DNA of 64,000 bases from Vicugna vicugna (Eukaryota). This document shows positions 62,450 through 64,000 of this stretch, piece after piece; within the stretch, counting starts at the first letter, position 1; every line of letters begins with the position of its first letter. The translations under genes and the position numbers were made by a program. The stretch is taken from the NCBI GenBank assembly GCA_013265495.1, contig MU058463.1, forward strand, positions 124,001 through 188,000, read 5' to 3'. The notes under the pieces were generated by a model. The model was not told the origin of the DNA and searched no databases. It saw nothing but the letters and a program-made list of their open reading frames with translations.

Positions 62450-63165
62450 TTATAGGTTCACCTTCTATTGCTCCTATCCTAACTCCAGACAATGTCATTT
62501 CCCTAAAGAATCATCGTTACTTTTAATGGAACCATGGTCCTAGGTGTGTTTATGGTTATAAATTTGAGGATCATTGATCCAAGGCTCTCTCTTGCACAGA
62601 GACAGAAAACGCATGGATTTACACACAGAAACATATACATATATTAACACACATTTGCATCTATATTCATTTCTATAATTATCTATATGCAATGATAGAC
62701 TATGAATTAACAATACTTCTCATTCCAATCCAATACCCTCTCAATGTTTTTTTCATTCTCATTTTTATCTTTTTCATATTTTAACACCCTACTGCAACCA
62801 TGACCAGCCTACTCCATTTACACTCATGTTATTTAATTATTTGATAAATGTTCCTATAGTCAACAAGTCTACCATTACTGCTGCCACTCTCTCCTCCATG
62901 TGAATAACTTTTGACTTCACTAGGGCTCTGACAAACACCTGGGCAACTGCCCACATTCCTCACCCTGGTTACCTGTCTCTGCCCGTCTGCCATCTAGATA
63001 ACTAGCCTCAACAGTGAGGACATCAATATTCCTTTTTATGACTTCTGCCCTCACAGATGTCCTCCTCATTCTTTAAGCAACTCCAGACACCACACTGCGT
63101 CGATTCTTCCTCACTCATCTTATATTCTGATCCTTCATGATTGGGCAACCCATATGTAAAAATGC
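62450..63165 (-). mobile_element. Ancient L1MC/ME-type 3' region
   Basis: Degenerate homology to 1590-2340, including the C-rich CCTCCTCAC-type array. Confidence 0.5.
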
Positions 63166-63167
63166 TC

Positions 63168-63485
63168 TGTCAAGAAACGGGAAGGGTCTGAGAATTTACC
63201 TCACTTGCAAGCTAACAAAATTAACCTGCCATAGTTCTATGGATGTCGAGATAAGATGTATGATTCTTGGATATTACATGAAAGACTTCAAACACAGCAT
63301 GTCAGTAGCCAGAGTGTCAGCAAATATGTTGTAGTTCTTTATGCCCCAAATCCCACAGGTAATATAGAGGGATGAGTAACAAATGCAAATGTAACAGATT
63401 ACTTTCCAAAGAGGAAACAAAGTCTGAAGGAGCAGTCCTGATTGAGCAAAGAGCAAACATTGTAGAAAATACAAACAAGCCAGCC
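63168..63485. mobile_element. Old MER-class ERV1 LTR, interrupted
   Basis: TGTCAAGAAACGGGAAGGGTCTGAGAATTTACCTCACTTGCAAGCTAACAA...CCTGCCA resembles a recalled MER-type LTR terminus. It resumes as a duplicate at 63924. Confidence 0.55.
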
Positions 63486-63489
63486 CCTT

Positions 63490-63923
63490 ACTCCTGCCTC
63501 CAAGGAGTAAGTGTTTAGAAGGTAGTCAGGCTGTGATCTGCTTGACTTAGTCCTATAAGAGCTAACATTATTGATTACTGTTATTGTTCCTCTAGGCTAA
63601 GATTTGTGTATTGGTAACTCAGGTAATTGTCGCTAATATCACTAACTTATGTAACTTGTGTATAGGTAACTCAGGTGATTGTCACTAAGATCACTAACTT
63701 GTGTGACCTGTATCTCTCTTTCCAGAAGCCCCTGTTCTTAATAACTCAATGGCATCAAGATGTTTTTCCGACTCCAAATGCACCTGCTGTTTTTCTAACA
63801 AAGGGGTGGCGGGACAGAGATTGTCTTTGCTCAATCAACCTTAGAGCCTGACGCCCCGCACTCTGGGAGTTTAGGCCCAGTTTCTGTGCTCGGCAGCCCT
63901 CAGGTCATGAGTGGCCCCCCGCA
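63490..63923 (-). mobile_element. Partial LTR, probably ERV2/betaretrovirus-like U3, with ~52 bp tandem repeat
   Basis: The minus strand begins TGCGGGGGGCCACTC at 63923 and retains CpGs. Two copies of TTGTGTA(T/A)GGTAACTCAGGT(A/G)ATTGTC..CTAA.ATCACTAACTT lie at ~63604-63707. The left boundary is approximate. Confidence 0.55.
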
Positions 63924-64000
63924 ATGCCCCAAATCCCACAGGTAATATAGAGGGATGAGTAACAAATGCAAATGCAACAGATTACTTTCCAAAGAGGAAA

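Overview
AT-rich, repeat-dense mammalian genomic DNA. It is probably cetartiodactyl and most likely camelid, judging from the style of the L1 3' UTRs and the lack of recognisable ruminant or pig SINEs; this is an inference. I found no host protein-coding exon or RNA gene that I can support. The dominant feature is a 7.1 kb full-length LINE-1 on the minus strand (25536-32645, 13 bp TSD, nested in an MLT1 LTR). Its 1265-aa ORF2 is intact, and its ORF1 is broken only by one CGA>TGA stop. About 2.5 kb away is a TSD-flanked 3.05 kb relative (20010-23063) that keeps the 5'UTR, ORF1 and 3' end but lacks ~3.7 kb of spacer/ORF2, giving a half-L1-like architecture. The window also holds a non-coding ERV1-type provirus whose two LTRs have discordant U5 ends (4325-8240), several solo LTRs, and an orphan env TM fragment. 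Near the window end is a truncated LTR flanked by an unusually long target duplication. The rest is old L1/L2/MIR/MLT/DNA-transposon relics and microsatellites. Repeat family names come from my recollection of consensus sequences, not from a database search, and the boundaries of old repeats are approximate.
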